Source: Neodothiora populina (Eukaryota). From it: 64,000 bases of DNA. The position numbers and the translations under genes are program-made. Where the stretch lies: NCBI RefSeq assembly GCF_041146345.1, contig NW_027191414.1, forward strand, positions 1,116,001 to 1,180,000. The letters are read 5' to 3'. The notes under the pieces were generated by a model. It made no database searches. It had not been told where the DNA came from and saw only the letters and a program-made list of their open reading frames with translations. This document shows, piece after piece, positions 22,101 through 37,398 of the stretch (position 1 is the first letter of the stretch; every line of letters begins with the position of its first letter).

Positions 22101-24260
22101 ACGCTCTCTTTGTCCGAGCGGATCTGCCGGTACAAGTATGTCAAGCAAACCAGGGTCCGGTACATGTGGGTTGTCGGTCTAGACTTGATCGCGAAATAGT
22201 GCAATGTGACAACCTCTTCTTGAGATGTCACGCGTGCGTGAGTAATGCCGAGAAGGGGGGCGTCCTGACGATTGACTAGATACAGTACAGTGTAAGAATG
22301 TTGCCGATTCCCGTGTACAGGGCGGGCTTCGCTAATTGTCACTGATGGACAACTCGGCCGAGAATGGTAGTGCTTCCTGAGAGGTATGGCTATGTCTGCT
22401 TGACAGGTCTATATACCGGATGAGATACGCGTCACCCACTCTGCCTGTTCCTTGCCGCATACTGTTGATACTGCCTCCTCATCCTTTTCTTCTTTCCGTT
22501 TGTTCATCTTCATCCCACATCCACCTTATCTTATTCACACCACCTCTTCATCTTCCTTCTTCGAGTCCCAAGTCCTCATAGTCATTCCTCTTGCCAGCAT
22601 TTGCTACAGTGCCATGACCCGACTTCCCCACCTTATCTTCTTCTACAAGGCCTACCCGTCATAGTCCTCCGCATGACTCTAACCAGCCCCTATTCCCACG
22701 CCTCTAGATAACCCATGGCAAAGGAACAAACCCAACACTAGCGACGTCTTCGCAAACCTACCTTACAGTGCAGTACAATAGCATAACTCATTGCACTACT
22801 ATAGGTGCACTAGCACTATCATGTTGTACTATCCGGCAGACCGTCCGGTATGACAAGTCTAGTAGTGAGAGGGGGGCAACAGCTGAGGCCACCGACAAGC
22901 GCACATATAACTCCGTCAGGTGGGGCCGTAAAGGAGATACACACACACGCGGGACTTGAGTCATCGAGACTCGTGTCGTTTGGTATCGCTGATCTCCTCT
23001 CTGTCTCTTCGTAAAGAACAAGACTGTTAGACCTTAATTATGACGGAAGCGGTCTCAACTTATTTACCTCTTTCCCTTGATCGGCTAGCCTCTCCTTGCT
23101 TGAGAAACTTGCACCCTGATTTCCATGTGAATGGCTTCGTTCTCTAGCCTTGAGTTCAGGTTTCGATGTTTGCAGCTCTAGAGAGGAGAATCTAGAGGGT
23201 GCTACAGCCTTGACCATAAACACCGCTGCGGATTGAGAACCTATGACTGAAGTATAAGGTCTAACATCCGACTTCCCTCATCGATCCCACGGCGTTGATA
23301 AGTTCGTCGTGAGATGGCATGGAAACAAGGGACGGAGGAAAAATGAGAGTAGAAGGACATACCATAATTTCATACTTCATCCTACACTACACAATTAGTC
23401 CGGTCCTGTAATTGCATGTACTCTTCCATCCTACCCTCCTCCCTAGAGTACCGCAGTACTAGTTAGGTTATCAGTTAAAAAAAAACAGTTAACAGCGACA
23501 AAGATCAAGCCACATGAATACGACAAGCCATATACTGCATATAAAGAAAGACACTTGGATCATGGGAAGCGGTGTTAGGTGGTGGATTCTTGGACTGTAC
23601 CTTGTTATGGACTAGACTGTACTGTATATAGTGCTGTGGTCGAGCGAGATCGAGGGGGACCCTGGCCGCTTTGTTCTCTCACGCCTTGATACATACATAC
23701 GAACTGTCCAGCTTCCTAAATACGTAATCCAATTATCTAGGTTACAGGCATGCACATGAACACAACGCTCGCGTAAGGAGAGAGAGACGGAGCATGCAGT
23801 CCTTCTACTTCGATATGAAATAGACTGACTCACAGCATGACATTATTTCAATACAAGGAACGGATCTCAATTACACTTCATAACAAATGCATTCAATGTC
23901 TATGTTTCGAAAACAAAACACACATGCTCGATACGAATGACAAGACAATAATACAAAGACAAAGCAGAAGCAAGTCTAGAGCGGATGGCATTCGGTTGCT
24001 TACACCCCGGTCATCGAGGTGTGTGAAACCCACTGTCAGGTATCATCTAGGATTTGAAAGAGGAAACTGCAGTAACAAAACGATAGGAAAAAAAGGCATT
24101 GCATCGCATCCACACGCATTCTTTTAGTTCCGCCCCCAAACCTTGGGAGCCCATTTGATAATGAAACGCCATGGACGCCGTGGGAATCCCGTGTCAGGAC
24201 CAAAGCAAATTATCCTCCGTGTCGGGAAAGTCGTCACGTCACAAGTGAGAAGCAACGAGT

Positions 24261-27008
<2,748 letters not shown>

Positions 27009-27561
27009 GATTATGCGATTTGTTGTTGTTGGGAGAGTTTTCCTCTGAGGTGAGACCGTAAGGTTCTGTGGAAAGAGTGTCTTGCGATCGCTCTGAGCTC
27101 AGCTAAGAGTTCTGTTTCTGTGATCGCGAGAGAAAGTTGCAGAGGATGAGATGAAGATGAGAAAAAGCGAGAATGTGAAAAGAGAAGGAGGATTGTGTCT
27201 GGGAAAAAAAAAGGCAGAAGGCGCGACTGACATTCTTTTTGATGGCCAGGCAGGAGGCAACGACGCCCGCTCGGACCAACCTAGAGACTTTTCTGCACGC
27301 TAATCCCAACTTAAACCCTGCCAAGCCGGTGTCTAGAGCATTAGTTTTTTGTTCGCTTTACCTGAGTCCTCGTATCTCCGAAAACAGGGTCCAGATAGAC
27401 AGGGCTACTGTACAGTACTGTATGTCTCTTGTGGTTCGGAGACGAGGACAACAGTGTGGTTAATCGCTATTGGAATCGTTATGATACAGATAAAATAATG
27501 TTTCTACTTGATTGCTATCAGTACAAGTTTGAATTGGAGGTTATAAATTACACATGGTCGA

Positions 27562-29820
27562 CTACAAATCTGCAGGGGAATCAGCCAGTTTCGTGACAAC
27601 CTTGGGAGCGTCTTCCTGAGGTCTGGCGTCCTGCTTTGCATTTTCTTGTCTCTTCTTCCTGTCCTCCCACACGCCCTCTGCCTTCTTGGCTCTTCGCATA
27701 GTGTTGCGTCTGAGATTGGCCAGCTGTCTGCTCTCCTTTCTTCTCGCTAGCTTGTCCTCGTCGGTAAAAGGGGCGGTGCCAGATACTTTGGAGTTCACTC
27801 GAGTCACGTAAGCAGCGAGCCTCGATCGGCGTGAGGTCCAAGATACAAACTCCTCGCGGGGGACCAGGTTCTGGTTCATCAAGACGTCTATGGCGCCGAT
27901 GATGGTGCGGAAGAGCAGTAAAGCCTCGGCCCTGATAGCGTCACTGACGGCGCCTCCTCTGTCACTCCCATACGAGACCTGTGATCTCAGGTTTTGCACC
28001 ACCGGTCCCAATCGGTTGATGGCGTGAGAGATGACCTTGCCGTCCTTGGAGCCGATGCTGAGGTCGAGGAAGATCTGGGCAGCTTTGACGTCCATCTCCG
28101 ACGCATTCTTTTCCATCATGTCGAGGATAGCTCCGGCATTTTGGATGGCTGCAGGATTGTTCTTGTCACGGCCGCAGGCGCTCATGGCGATGCGGAAAGT
28201 CTTCCTCATGGGGCGGAGGCCTCTGTCCAGGACTTGTGTCTTCAGAGTCTCGACAACACGGGTGGAAGAACGCGACTGACGCAGAAGACGGAGGTACATG
28301 TTGAGGTTGTCCATGTCGGGCACCACGTTGTACGAGTCCTCGGCAGTCAAGAGAGTCCAGTACTGACTTGCAACATTGGTCGAGGCCATCTTGAGACAGG
28401 CTTCCATGACAAGTGAGAGAGTGTTGTTGCTCGGACTGACGTACGCGACGGAGCCGCTTCTGCCGATCCTCTTCGGAGAAAGCAGCTCCTTGTCGAATTC
28501 GCCCATGATCTCTTCCTCGTCGGGATTGGGCTCGGCATCCTGTTTCAGCACTCGCGGCATAGGCAGGTGCTCAGCCTTTCTCGCAGGAGTGCCCAGCTTG
28601 GCAGCCAGACGAGGGATGTTCATCGTCTGCTCGACCAGACTCAGCACATCGTCCCAGTCCCTCGGCCTCAGGCCCAGAAGCAGAAGTCTACCCATGGCGC
28701 AGACCATCTCTTCGTCGACGAGAAGATCGCCCTTGCGCCACTTTCCGACAATGTCTTGCCACATCCTCCGTCCCTCTTGCACTGCCGTCTCTCGGATCTG
28801 AGCGGCAGCATTGTCATCGACTCGCGGACCAGCCTCGAGGAGAGCATTCTCTCTGATGGCGTTCAGGATAGTGGTGAAGGTGAAATGGTCGGCGGCGGCA
28901 GGACCCTTTTCCGGGATCCTCGAGGCGATGCCCCAGAGACTGTCCATGTCGCCAGCTCTTGCACAGACCTTGATGGCGGCATTGGTGTGGATGATGCTCT
29001 GTTGCACTCTGCTGTTGGGCGCAGCCAGGGAGTGGTAGATTGTCACGGCCTTGGAAACCGTGTCCATGTGAACGGGAGGAATGGCGAGACCGCGCAGGAG
29101 AATGAGATACGTGTGGCTGTCGGGGAACTGGGCGCGCTTCTTCATCTCGTTGTATGTTTTAATGGCGAGTTTCAGATGGCGACGAGCGAGCAGCCAATCA
29201 ATGGTGTGATTCCAAGAGACGATGACTTGCATTTCTTTGCTGGCAATGCGACACAGAGCGAGCGCCTTCTCGATGTCGTTTTCGCGCAGGGTTTGTCTGA
29301 CGTGATTGGCGTGTTTCAAGGGATCCTTGAGGTAGACCAGCTCTTTCTTGACTGCTCTCTCTAGCTTTGCGTCCATGTTGGAGCCGAACTCGACCTCTTC
29401 GATTGCTTTGGCCGTGTCTGGCGTGTCTGTCGCTATTTTCCGCCGTAGATTCTGAGACTTGTACTTGCGGTCTTTGTCGAAAGGCTTTGGTTGATCCGAG
29501 TCTCTTTCTCTCTCTTCTCTTGCTCTCCCCTGGAACTCGTAGCGTTCGCGTCCTCTGTGTCGAGCGACTTCGGTCGTCGGCATCGAAGGAGAAGGCCCAT
29601 CCGGGGACGACGATGCAGCGGCGGCGCCATGATATGTGGCATAACCTCGACCACCCTGTGCTGTATTTGTTGCTGCTGCTGCTCCAACTCTTGCTGTGGT
29701 CCTGCTGCTGGCTCTGTACCGTGACAGAGTCGTGCGTGATCCAGGCCGGGCGAGTGTGGGTGCTGCTTCCTCTGCGATCGCCCGCAGACATCGTAACAGA
29801 CACGAGTGACACTCCATCAT
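27562..29820 (-). CDS. pentatricopeptide-repeat protein, probably mitochondrial
   Basis: IVSWNHTID..AIKTYNEMKKRAQFPDSHTYLILLRGLA, IIHTNAAIKVCARAGD, FTFTTILNAI; Arg/Ser-rich presequence-like N-terminus; first ATG 29820. Confidence 0.88.
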   Translation of the reverse strand: MMECHSCLLRCLRAIAEEAAPTLARPGSRTTLSRYRASSRTTARVGAAAATNTAQGGRGYATYHGAAAASSSPDGPSPSMPTTEVARHRGRERYEFQGRAREERERDSDQPKPFDKDRKYKSQNLRRKIATDTPDTAKAIEEVEFGSNMDAKLERAVKKELVYLKDPLKHANHVRQTLRENDIEKALALCRIASKEMQVIVSWNHTIDWLLARRHLKLAIKTYNEMKKRAQFPDSHTYLILLRGLAIPPVHMDTVSKAVTIYHSLAAPNSRVQQSIIHTNAAIKVCARAGDMDSLWGIASRIPEKGPAAADHFTFTTILNAIRENALLEAGPRVDDNAAAQIRETAVQEGRRMWQDIVGKWRKGDLLVDEEMVCAMGRLLLLGLRPRDWDDVLSLVEQTMNIPRLAAKLGTPARKAEHLPMPRVLKQDAEPNPDEEEIMGEFDKELLSPKRIGRSGSVAYVSPSNNTLSLVMEACLKMASTNVASQYWTLLTAEDSYNVVPDMDNLNMYLRLLRQSRSSTRVVETLKTQVLDRGLRPMRKTFRIAMSACGRDKNNPAAIQNAGAILDMMEKNASEMDVKAAQIFLDLSIGSKDGKVISHAINRLGPVVQNLRSQVSYGSDRGGAVSDAIRAEALLLFRTIIGAIDVLMNQNLVPREEFVSWTSRRSRLAAYVTRVNSKVSGTAPFTDEDKLARRKESRQLANLRRNTMRRAKKAEGVWEDRKKRQENAKQDARPQEDAPKVVTKLADSPADL

Positions 29821-30301
29821 CTTTCGTTTGAGCAAAAGATGGACAATATCGTCGAAAGGACGATTGCTCGTAATGGAATGGATTATTTCCGCCGCTCTTC
29901 CCTTGCACTTGCCTCAAATTTTGGGCACGGGCCAAAAGATCCTGCGACTGCCTAATTTATACTTGGATTGCATGGATATTATAGTGATGAAATGGCGATT
30001 AATTTCATCAAAGCACCATTGGGTTAGTGGTAAACTTGGTCGTTGCCAGCTGCCGCAGCAAGTTCGACCAGCCCCGTGTTCGATTCACGGATGGTGCATC
30101 ACTTTTGAACTTCGAGTCCGTCCTTAATCTTTTTGTTTGCAGGCTCATACGCCAGTCAACGTCTTCTTCTCTTTCTCGATACATTCACACACGACCGACC
30201 ATGTCTGAATGATCTACGTTCTTTGCTCACTTTCAGCTCGAAGTTCATGTCTTCGTCGGTAGAGGTATGTGACATGCCTACTTTGTTTGTCTCTGGCGAC
30301 T

Positions 30302-32650
30302 TCAACTATGCTCAGTCGACCCTTTGACACACTTCGACTGGTCCCTCCAAGCAGCCTCGGCGACTGCAGCCCAGACGAGACTTTGGTTCTGCAGCATCGC
30401 TGGCCGATAGAACAATCGACAGTCGGCGACGTCTCTCACAAACTGCAATGGCATCGTTCCTTCTTCTTCTTCATCTTCCTCTCTCTCCTTGGCTCCCCTC
30501 ACTTTTCTGACTGCATTCTTGACATTGATTCCCCCCTCATGCCCCCTTGCCATCCTCTTCAACGTGTGTTTGACCTTCTCTAACTTCGACACTACACCTT
30601 GTGTCCATCTCGATGCTGAATCTTTGGGAGCACGCTTGATCGCAAACTCTATAAACATCTTTAGTTGTGCCAGTGTAAGTACCATGGCGCCCTTGGAAGC
30701 ACCTACACCAGCCATAGCACCAAACGACGGCCGTCCACCCATGACTACGCTTCTGACTCCTGCGCCTGCTCCAACGTCCGACTTTATTGCCTCTGAAAAT
30801 ATAGCGCATGCAGATGCACACATTCCGTCTTGAAGCAAAACAACATTCTCAGGTAAGAAGACCTGTCTGGTCGAGTGTGCCATACTGTGCACTCCATTGT
30901 CATAGCCATCCAATGGCGTCAACTCGGCAAAGAAAGCACTGCTGTAGTTATACCTGGCCGTTCTCGTGAACTCATCTCCATGCAACCTCTCCGGTCCGAA
31001 GAACTCTTCCCAGGATGCACAATCGGATCCGTTCACGTCGACGTGTTCCTGATAGTTCCAGGGGGAGTGCTGGTCGAACAATTCCTGGCCGGAGGCTCTG
31101 AACGCAGAATAATTCGCCGAGTTCTCGTTTACTCTCTTCCAGTATTCGGAGATGACCTTGCCCATGTGGTTCGTGAGTTCCGATGCTCGAATGTTGAACC
31201 CTGCGAAAGGTTCTATGTCTGGAAACAACATCTTGAACAGATCGATCGCAAGCACCACTGATCCGCCTCCGTTGCCCCTGAGATCGATGATGAGCTTCTC
31301 CTTACCAGCTGCCTGGGCCGTTGCAAGAAATCGACGACCCACGTTGGCGAACTCGAATTGTGTGTCTTGTGGTGGACTGAAAGAGAAGACACTCAAGACT
31401 GCGACGTCGCTTGGGTCACTCAGAAAGTATCCTGAGATGGTGTTCCTGCTGTGAGCAATCTCAGGGGTGGGATATGTCGGACAGTGTGGATAGACGACAG
31501 AATTCGGAGTCGGCAAGGGTTCGAATGGCGCTATTGTCTGGACGGGTGTGACAGCTGCAGCAGACCCAGCGATTACCTTTATGATATTCCCGCTGGTCTT
31601 GATGGTTGTGCCACCAGCACCCGCACCCACATCAAACAATCGATCCAGGAATGACTTGCCATCACTCATCCCCTCGAACTTTTTCTCGTCGTTACCCTGT
31701 ACCTTCGCCACATTTTGCAATACCAACGTCGTCCCATTTACGAAGCCAAACGTCGTCTGCGGACCAGGATAGAAGATACTTGACTTGAACCCTCCGACAA
31801 CACCCACGCCTGCGGTTGCTGCTGCGCCACTACTCCTCCAGAAAAGCGCATTGTAATTTGCGTCCCTATCCTGCGCGGTGCCAATCACGTCCGCTAAGCC
31901 ATCGAGATAGTCCTCTACGTCTTGCCCGTCCACAGTCACGATTGGGGATGGAGTATACTTCGATCCTGCTCTGGTCTGATCGGACGCCGCAGCAACAAGC
32001 GCATCAAGTTCTAGCAGACTATAAATCCCCGGCACATCATTTTCCTTCATAGAAACCGAAACGATCTCCCACGCCCTCTCGAACGTGAAAACCTCGACTA
32101 TATCGACCGCATACCCCAAATGCCCATCTCTGGCCCTCGTCAGTACTTTTCGCAACTCGAACTGGAAGTCGTATTCGCTGCTGCCTTTGTAAGATTTTGT
32201 GGCTAGACTTCTGGTGAGATTATCGATCTGTGCTAAGAGGTCGATGGAGGGGTAGTGATAGGACGAGGAGGGATTCTTCAGATACGCAAGTGTAGACTGG
32301 AACTGCAACAGAAAGGAAAGACCATCCAGCTGAGCGGCGGTTTGTGAGGCTGGATGGTCCAGAGGCGTGGAGAGCAGACAGGCATATGCCAGTGCTGCCG
32401 GCAGGCCATGTTTGCTGTTGCTGGTCTTTTTGCGCTTGGCGAGCAGGTCGTCGCTTAGCTTTGCGCAGGGGTGTTGTTCTTCTCGTTTTTGTTCTCGTGG
32501 ACTAGATATGGGCGACGCCGTTGAGTGTACAACATTAGATGCGACATGCGTCGTGGCTTCTACTACCCCTGACCCTAGCACTGCTGCTCCAGTCACTAGT
32601 ATACCTAGATTGATAGCGACGAGCACACCTAGCAGGAACCAGATCGACAT
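30302..32650 (-). CDS. secreted peptidase family S41 (CPAF-like) protein
   Basis: Hydrophobic signal peptide; LQFQSTLAYLKNP, RARDGHL, LIIDLRGNGGG, catalytic-Ser region DGMCASACAIF, PLQFV..ADCRLFY. Confidence 0.88.
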   Translation of the reverse strand: MSIWFLLGVLVAINLGILVTGAAVLGSGVVEATTHVASNVVHSTASPISSPREQKREEQHPCAKLSDDLLAKRKKTSNSKHGLPAALAYACLLSTPLDHPASQTAAQLDGLSFLLQFQSTLAYLKNPSSSYHYPSIDLLAQIDNLTRSLATKSYKGSSEYDFQFELRKVLTRARDGHLGYAVDIVEVFTFERAWEIVSVSMKENDVPGIYSLLELDALVAAASDQTRAGSKYTPSPIVTVDGQDVEDYLDGLADVIGTAQDRDANYNALFWRSSGAAATAGVGVVGGFKSSIFYPGPQTTFGFVNGTTLVLQNVAKVQGNDEKKFEGMSDGKSFLDRLFDVGAGAGGTTIKTSGNIIKVIAGSAAAVTPVQTIAPFEPLPTPNSVVYPHCPTYPTPEIAHSRNTISGYFLSDPSDVAVLSVFSFSPPQDTQFEFANVGRRFLATAQAAGKEKLIIDLRGNGGGSVVLAIDLFKMLFPDIEPFAGFNIRASELTNHMGKVISEYWKRVNENSANYSAFRASGQELFDQHSPWNYQEHVDVNGSDCASWEEFFGPERLHGDEFTRTARYNYSSAFFAELTPLDGYDNGVHSMAHSTRQVFLPENVVLLQDGMCASACAIFSEAIKSDVGAGAGVRSVVMGGRPSFGAMAGVGASKGAMVLTLAQLKMFIEFAIKRAPKDSASRWTQGVVSKLEKVKHTLKRMARGHEGGINVKNAVRKVRGAKEREEDEEEEGTMPLQFVRDVADCRLFYRPAMLQNQSLVWAAVAEAAWRDQSKCVKGSTEHS

Positions 32651-33067
32651 GTCGGCCGCTACTTTCTCTTTGCCCCTCTCGAGTAGAGATATTCAGTTGT
32701 CCCGATCAAAATGCAACACAACGAAAGGAGACAGCTTGGAAGATTCTCGCTATTTTTATGATTCCTGTGGGATAAAGAGAGGAAAACGATAAGGACTATC
32801 CAATCACGACGTACCGAAAATGTAAAATGGAAGTAGTAAAGGGAGAGGAAAGAAGCGAGTTTACCTTGGCAAATAAGTTACACGAAATGTCAAATGCACA
32901 CCACTCACAAGCTCCCAAAACTCACAGTAACAAGTCTTCTTATCGACATAATTCTGCAACCCACTTGTTCACATTCGAAGCACCATGACCAAGAGAAACC
33001 CCCCCCCATCCCATGAATATATGAAAAATCTCCTTCGCTGTCAATACACCTCCTCTCCACGTCTACT

Positions 33068-34786
33068 CTATAACTTGGATGGTCGCGGCGTTGGACCAAC
33101 GAGGGGATCATACACGCCCATGCCCAGCGTGTCGACCGGGACTCCTGTCGTGTGCATGCTGAGGCCTCTCGTGTCGACGAATTCCGGTCCGAGTTGGTCG
33201 ACGCTGTTGCAGCCTATGAGGCGCATGTTCATTTCGAATTCGTCCTTGAGGAGTTCTGTGCGAGTGTTAATTTTCTTTCACTTTTCTACAGGTGGTTGAT
33301 CAGTGGGGAATGGATATCTCTTACGCATCGCTCGGTCTACTCCCGGTAGACCATATGCAGACATGGCATACAAGAACGGGCGACCGATACCAACGCCCTT
33401 TGCGCCGAGACACAGGGCCTTGATGATATCCGTGGCGCGACGGATGCCGCCATCGATGTAGATTTCGAACGTCTCGAGGCGGTCTTGAAGTCCGAATTTT
33501 CTGATCTCGGGCATGACCTCTGCGAGAATCTCGATGCCTGATCGCGCAGTGTCGAGTTGGCGACCGCCGTGGTTTGACAGTACAACTCCGTCCACGCCGA
33601 TGGTCATGGCGCGGATGACGTCTTCCACGCGCTGTACGCCCTTGAGCAGGATCGGCATCTTGGTCACGCTCTTGAACCAAGGGATGTCTTTCCAGCTGAG
33701 ACTCGGGTCGATGAAACTGGAGATTGCCCTTGCGGCGCCCTGCGAGCGGTCGACGTTGTCGCCGCCCGTGTTTTGCACGTTGGAGCCCACGTCGCTGAAT
33801 TTGCTGCGCATGTCCTTTTCGCGGCGGCCGAGTTGCGGTGCGTCGACTGTGATGAATAGGCCTTTGCAGCCGCGCTTCTCGGCGTGTTCGATGATGCGCT
33901 TTGTGATGTCGCGGTTCTTGTTGACCTGTGCCACTGTTTAGCAAGATGAAGTCAGGTAGGAGATACTGTCGATTCAAAACTTACGTAGAGCTGCAGCCAC
34001 TGCACTTGGTCGCCTTCCTTGGCATCGACAATCTCGTCGAACGAGCAGGATGCTAACGTTGGGATCATCTGGATTACATCGTGCTTCTTTGCGCCTCTGG
34101 TCAAGACAACCTCTCCCTCTGGGTTTCCCAGCTTTCCCAGAGCGGTAGCCGTGACATAGAAGGGTATGCTGACCTTGGTGCCGAGCATGGTCGTCGAAGC
34201 GTCGATGTGCTCGACATCGTGGAGGATCCTCGGTCTGAACCAGATCTTGTGGAATGCCGAGTGGTTCTCTCTCAGTGTCTGCGAGAAAGCTGTGTCAGCA
34301 ATGCCTCGTGTGAACAAGACGTTATCGACAAAAAAGCCTTACAAGTTCGTCATCGGCAGCACTAGAGTAATATGCCCAGGCCGTCTTCTTCATCACCCTC
34401 TTGGCCACGGCCTCAAAGTCCATGAGGTTGTAACATTGCTCCAAGATGGGCATCTCCTTGATTCTCTGCTGTCTGTCCTCCTCTTCCGGGTCAAACTCCT
34501 TTTCTTCCTTGGCTACCGTCTTCATGTTGACCTCACCCAGATGCTTGCTCTTGTCGAGGAACTTGTCCAGAGTGTCTGGCGGGTGGATGGGCGCATACTC
34601 CTCGGTGGCATCTTTGCCCGCATACTTGAGGATGATCTTGGGGCCTCCGGGATGCTCAGGCAGAAACTCGGTCACGTCGTAGGCTTTGCCGTGGATGATG
34701 ACCCAGCAGGAGTCCTTGCTGTTGTGCTTCGCTATCTCTTCTCCGGTCAATTGGACCGCCTGCGTGTTGTTGTCGTCATGGTTCAT
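33068..34786 (-). CDS. flavocytochrome b2-like FMN-dependent alpha-hydroxy acid dehydrogenase (cytochrome b5 + FMN domains); exons 34786-34343, 34278-33985, 33925-33325, 33255-33068
   Basis: HPGG heme motif, AWAYYSSAADDE, FITVDAPQLGRREKD, SNHGGRQLD, DGGIRRATD; spliced C-terminus ...PSKL*. Confidence 0.95.
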
Positions 34787-36016
34787 GTTGGCGGCGATTT
34801 GTATTCTTTGTGTATGTTTACAGATAGGATAGATGGAATTGATATACTACTCTACAGATACAAAGAAACCAAACGATGTCTCTCTCGCACGAGGAGCAGA
34901 ATGTCAGGAAAGAAGAAACGGTACCAGCCGTGTGTCTCTGTCTATCTGTTCCCCCAAGGTTTATCTCCTTACCTACCGCGTCAATGATGTACCGATATAT
35001 GAGGCAGAGCAAATCGAGGGCAAATCATCACCACATCCTCGGCTTTAAGTCGCCTCCGCACCCGGCAACATGCAACACTGGCCCGTTCGCGGGGGCTGTT
35101 TACCCATACCGCCTCTCATTCGTGGACACAAGCCCGATTGCGGAAATACAGTGCTGCTGATTGGTTGGATGGACCACTGGAAGCTTGTTCGATTGGCTAG
35201 GTATGCGCCAGTTGCTTGCGCTACAAAATGCCGATTATAGGAGGGAGCTACTGTCCTTGAGGATCTTGACATTGTGACTGCTTGAGCCACGCTGTTGTAC
35301 TTCTACGAACTGTATCTCGCAGTCCATGCTACCCCGGAATGCAGTGCTGTATGCATAAGACGGGAAGACGTGGCTGGCGTGACTGCATGCAAGGCAGGGG
35401 TCCACATACTGTGATAATGTGAAGCAAGAATAATATCAACGTGTGCTTTCCTTCAATTGATATATCCACTTTCCATTTCTCACCTCGAGATCATTGCATC
35501 CGATCCTTTACTGCGTACAAAGTATGCTCCTAGCAAGAAAAGGTGCTGCAATCTCCTTGATCCTGGGACTAATCGACTGAGCGACTCACGAAAAGGGCTT
35601 CGACGTCCGACTCCGCAATTGGCCTGCTTGCCCACATGTGCTTCCCCTCTGCTTCTACGCACCAAATACTTGTGTTAACAGAGTACGTCTCCCAGCGATT
35701 TTCGGCGGACCGATCCTTTAAGTCTCTTAGAGTATTCATCATAAATCAAGGTAGGTAGTGCTCACACTAGGTAATGCGAGTCACAATACCCAGGTACACG
35801 ACAATGCTCGTCATGCCATGCAATTTATTAGTCCTTTCAGGAAGGCCATGTCCGACGCAAAGCGATTAGAGCCGAGAGGTCCACCTGCGATTACCAACGC
35901 AGTAATCCTTGACAAGCCCTTCTCACGCCCTATGGTTGGGCTGGTTCCTACATATCATGCGCTGAATATCCAGCGAGAATTGTTCTGATACAATTACGCT
36001 AAAACATAAAATCACA

Positions 36017-37398
36017 ATGGGGCCAGAATCAATAGAGCTCGAAACACACGCTTACGACGCCGAATCCCGCGACACGTCCACTGAAGCAGAAGGCCAAGAT
36101 ACTTTTTCTCTCCCACCCGCCGATGGCGGGAAAGATGCATGGCTATTCCTCACTTCTGCGTTTGTGTTGGAGGCATTGGTATGGGGTTTCCCTTTCAGTT
36201 TCGGTGTCTTTCAGACGTATTATGCTTCACATGAGCCATTCATGGCAGACGGCAACGGGATCGCAGCTATTGGTACGACGGCTACAGGAATGATGTACTT
36301 CCTGGCTCCAATCGTCTATGCAGTGCTGCGCATGTATCCAAGATACCGCAGGACGAGCACGATGGTCGGATTTGTCATCATGCTTGGTTCTTTTATTGCG
36401 GCAAGTTTTGCAAACACCGTGACGCAGCTGATCGGCACTCAGGGTGTCATGTATGCCTTTGGAGGAGCTCTGTGTTACTTCCCCACTCTCGCCTACTTGG
36501 ACGAATGGTTCGTGCAGCGCAAAGGCATTGCATTCGGTGTCATTTGCGCTGGAGGTGGCGCGGCTGGCCTTGCTATACCCTTCGTCATGGAATGGGTGTT
36601 GAATAGCTACGGCTTCCGCACTGCACTGAGAGTCTGGGCGATAGTCGTCGTCGTCCTCACAACCCCAATTCTGTACCACAACAAAGGCAGATTGCCTGTG
36701 CGGCCGCACACCAGTAGCGCTCCACAAAGGATCGAGTGGCGTTTCGTCAAAACTGCACCATTCTGGATCCTGCAGGTGGCCAGTATTGTGCAAGGGCTGG
36801 GGTACTTCTTGCCCTCCATTTACATCACTTGTGAGTGTTACATCTGATCTCACCTTGCACCATTCAGTACTGACGCTACGTAGCATACGCTCTTTCGGTC
36901 GGGCTGACCAGAACGGATGGTACATTGGCAGTGGCTTTGATCAACGCTGCTACAGTCATTGGGGCTATAGTCAGTGGGTTCCTTGCTGACAAGTATCACG
37001 TCACGACTGCAATCCTCGTCAGCTGTATAGGGTCTGTGGTGGCAGTCTTTCTGTTCTGGTCGTTCGCTGTCTACAGATCGATATTCTTCATCTTCGCCGT
37101 CCTGTATGGTATTTTTGCAGGTGGCTTTAGCTCAACGTGGGCGGGATGTGCCAAACCATTGAGGCTGAGCTACCCTGGTACGGAAACGGGTATGGTCATT
37201 GCAGTCTTCTCAGCAGGCAAGGGCATCGGTTCAGTCATTTCTGGGCCATTGAGTGAAGCCCTCGTTGCAGCCGACTCGTCGAAAGACAAAGCTGCTTTTG
37301 CTTTTGGCAGCGGCTATGGGACTTTGCTGATATTCACCGGTGTGACTGCTGCCTTTACTGGCACAACCTGGTGTGGACGGCGGTTTGGATTTCTGTAG
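36017..37398 (+). CDS. MFS monocarboxylate-porter-like transporter; exons 36017-36830, 36884-37398
   Basis: LPPADGGKDAWLFL, WGFPFSFGVFQ, LDEWFVQRKGIAFG, multiple transmembrane segments; canonical 53-nt intron. Confidence 0.92.

Noticed and set aside
16000..24200. Telomerase RNA, snRNA or tRNA in the gene desert
   Set aside because: No TAACCCTAA template, recognisable snRNA core or cloverleaf seen by eye
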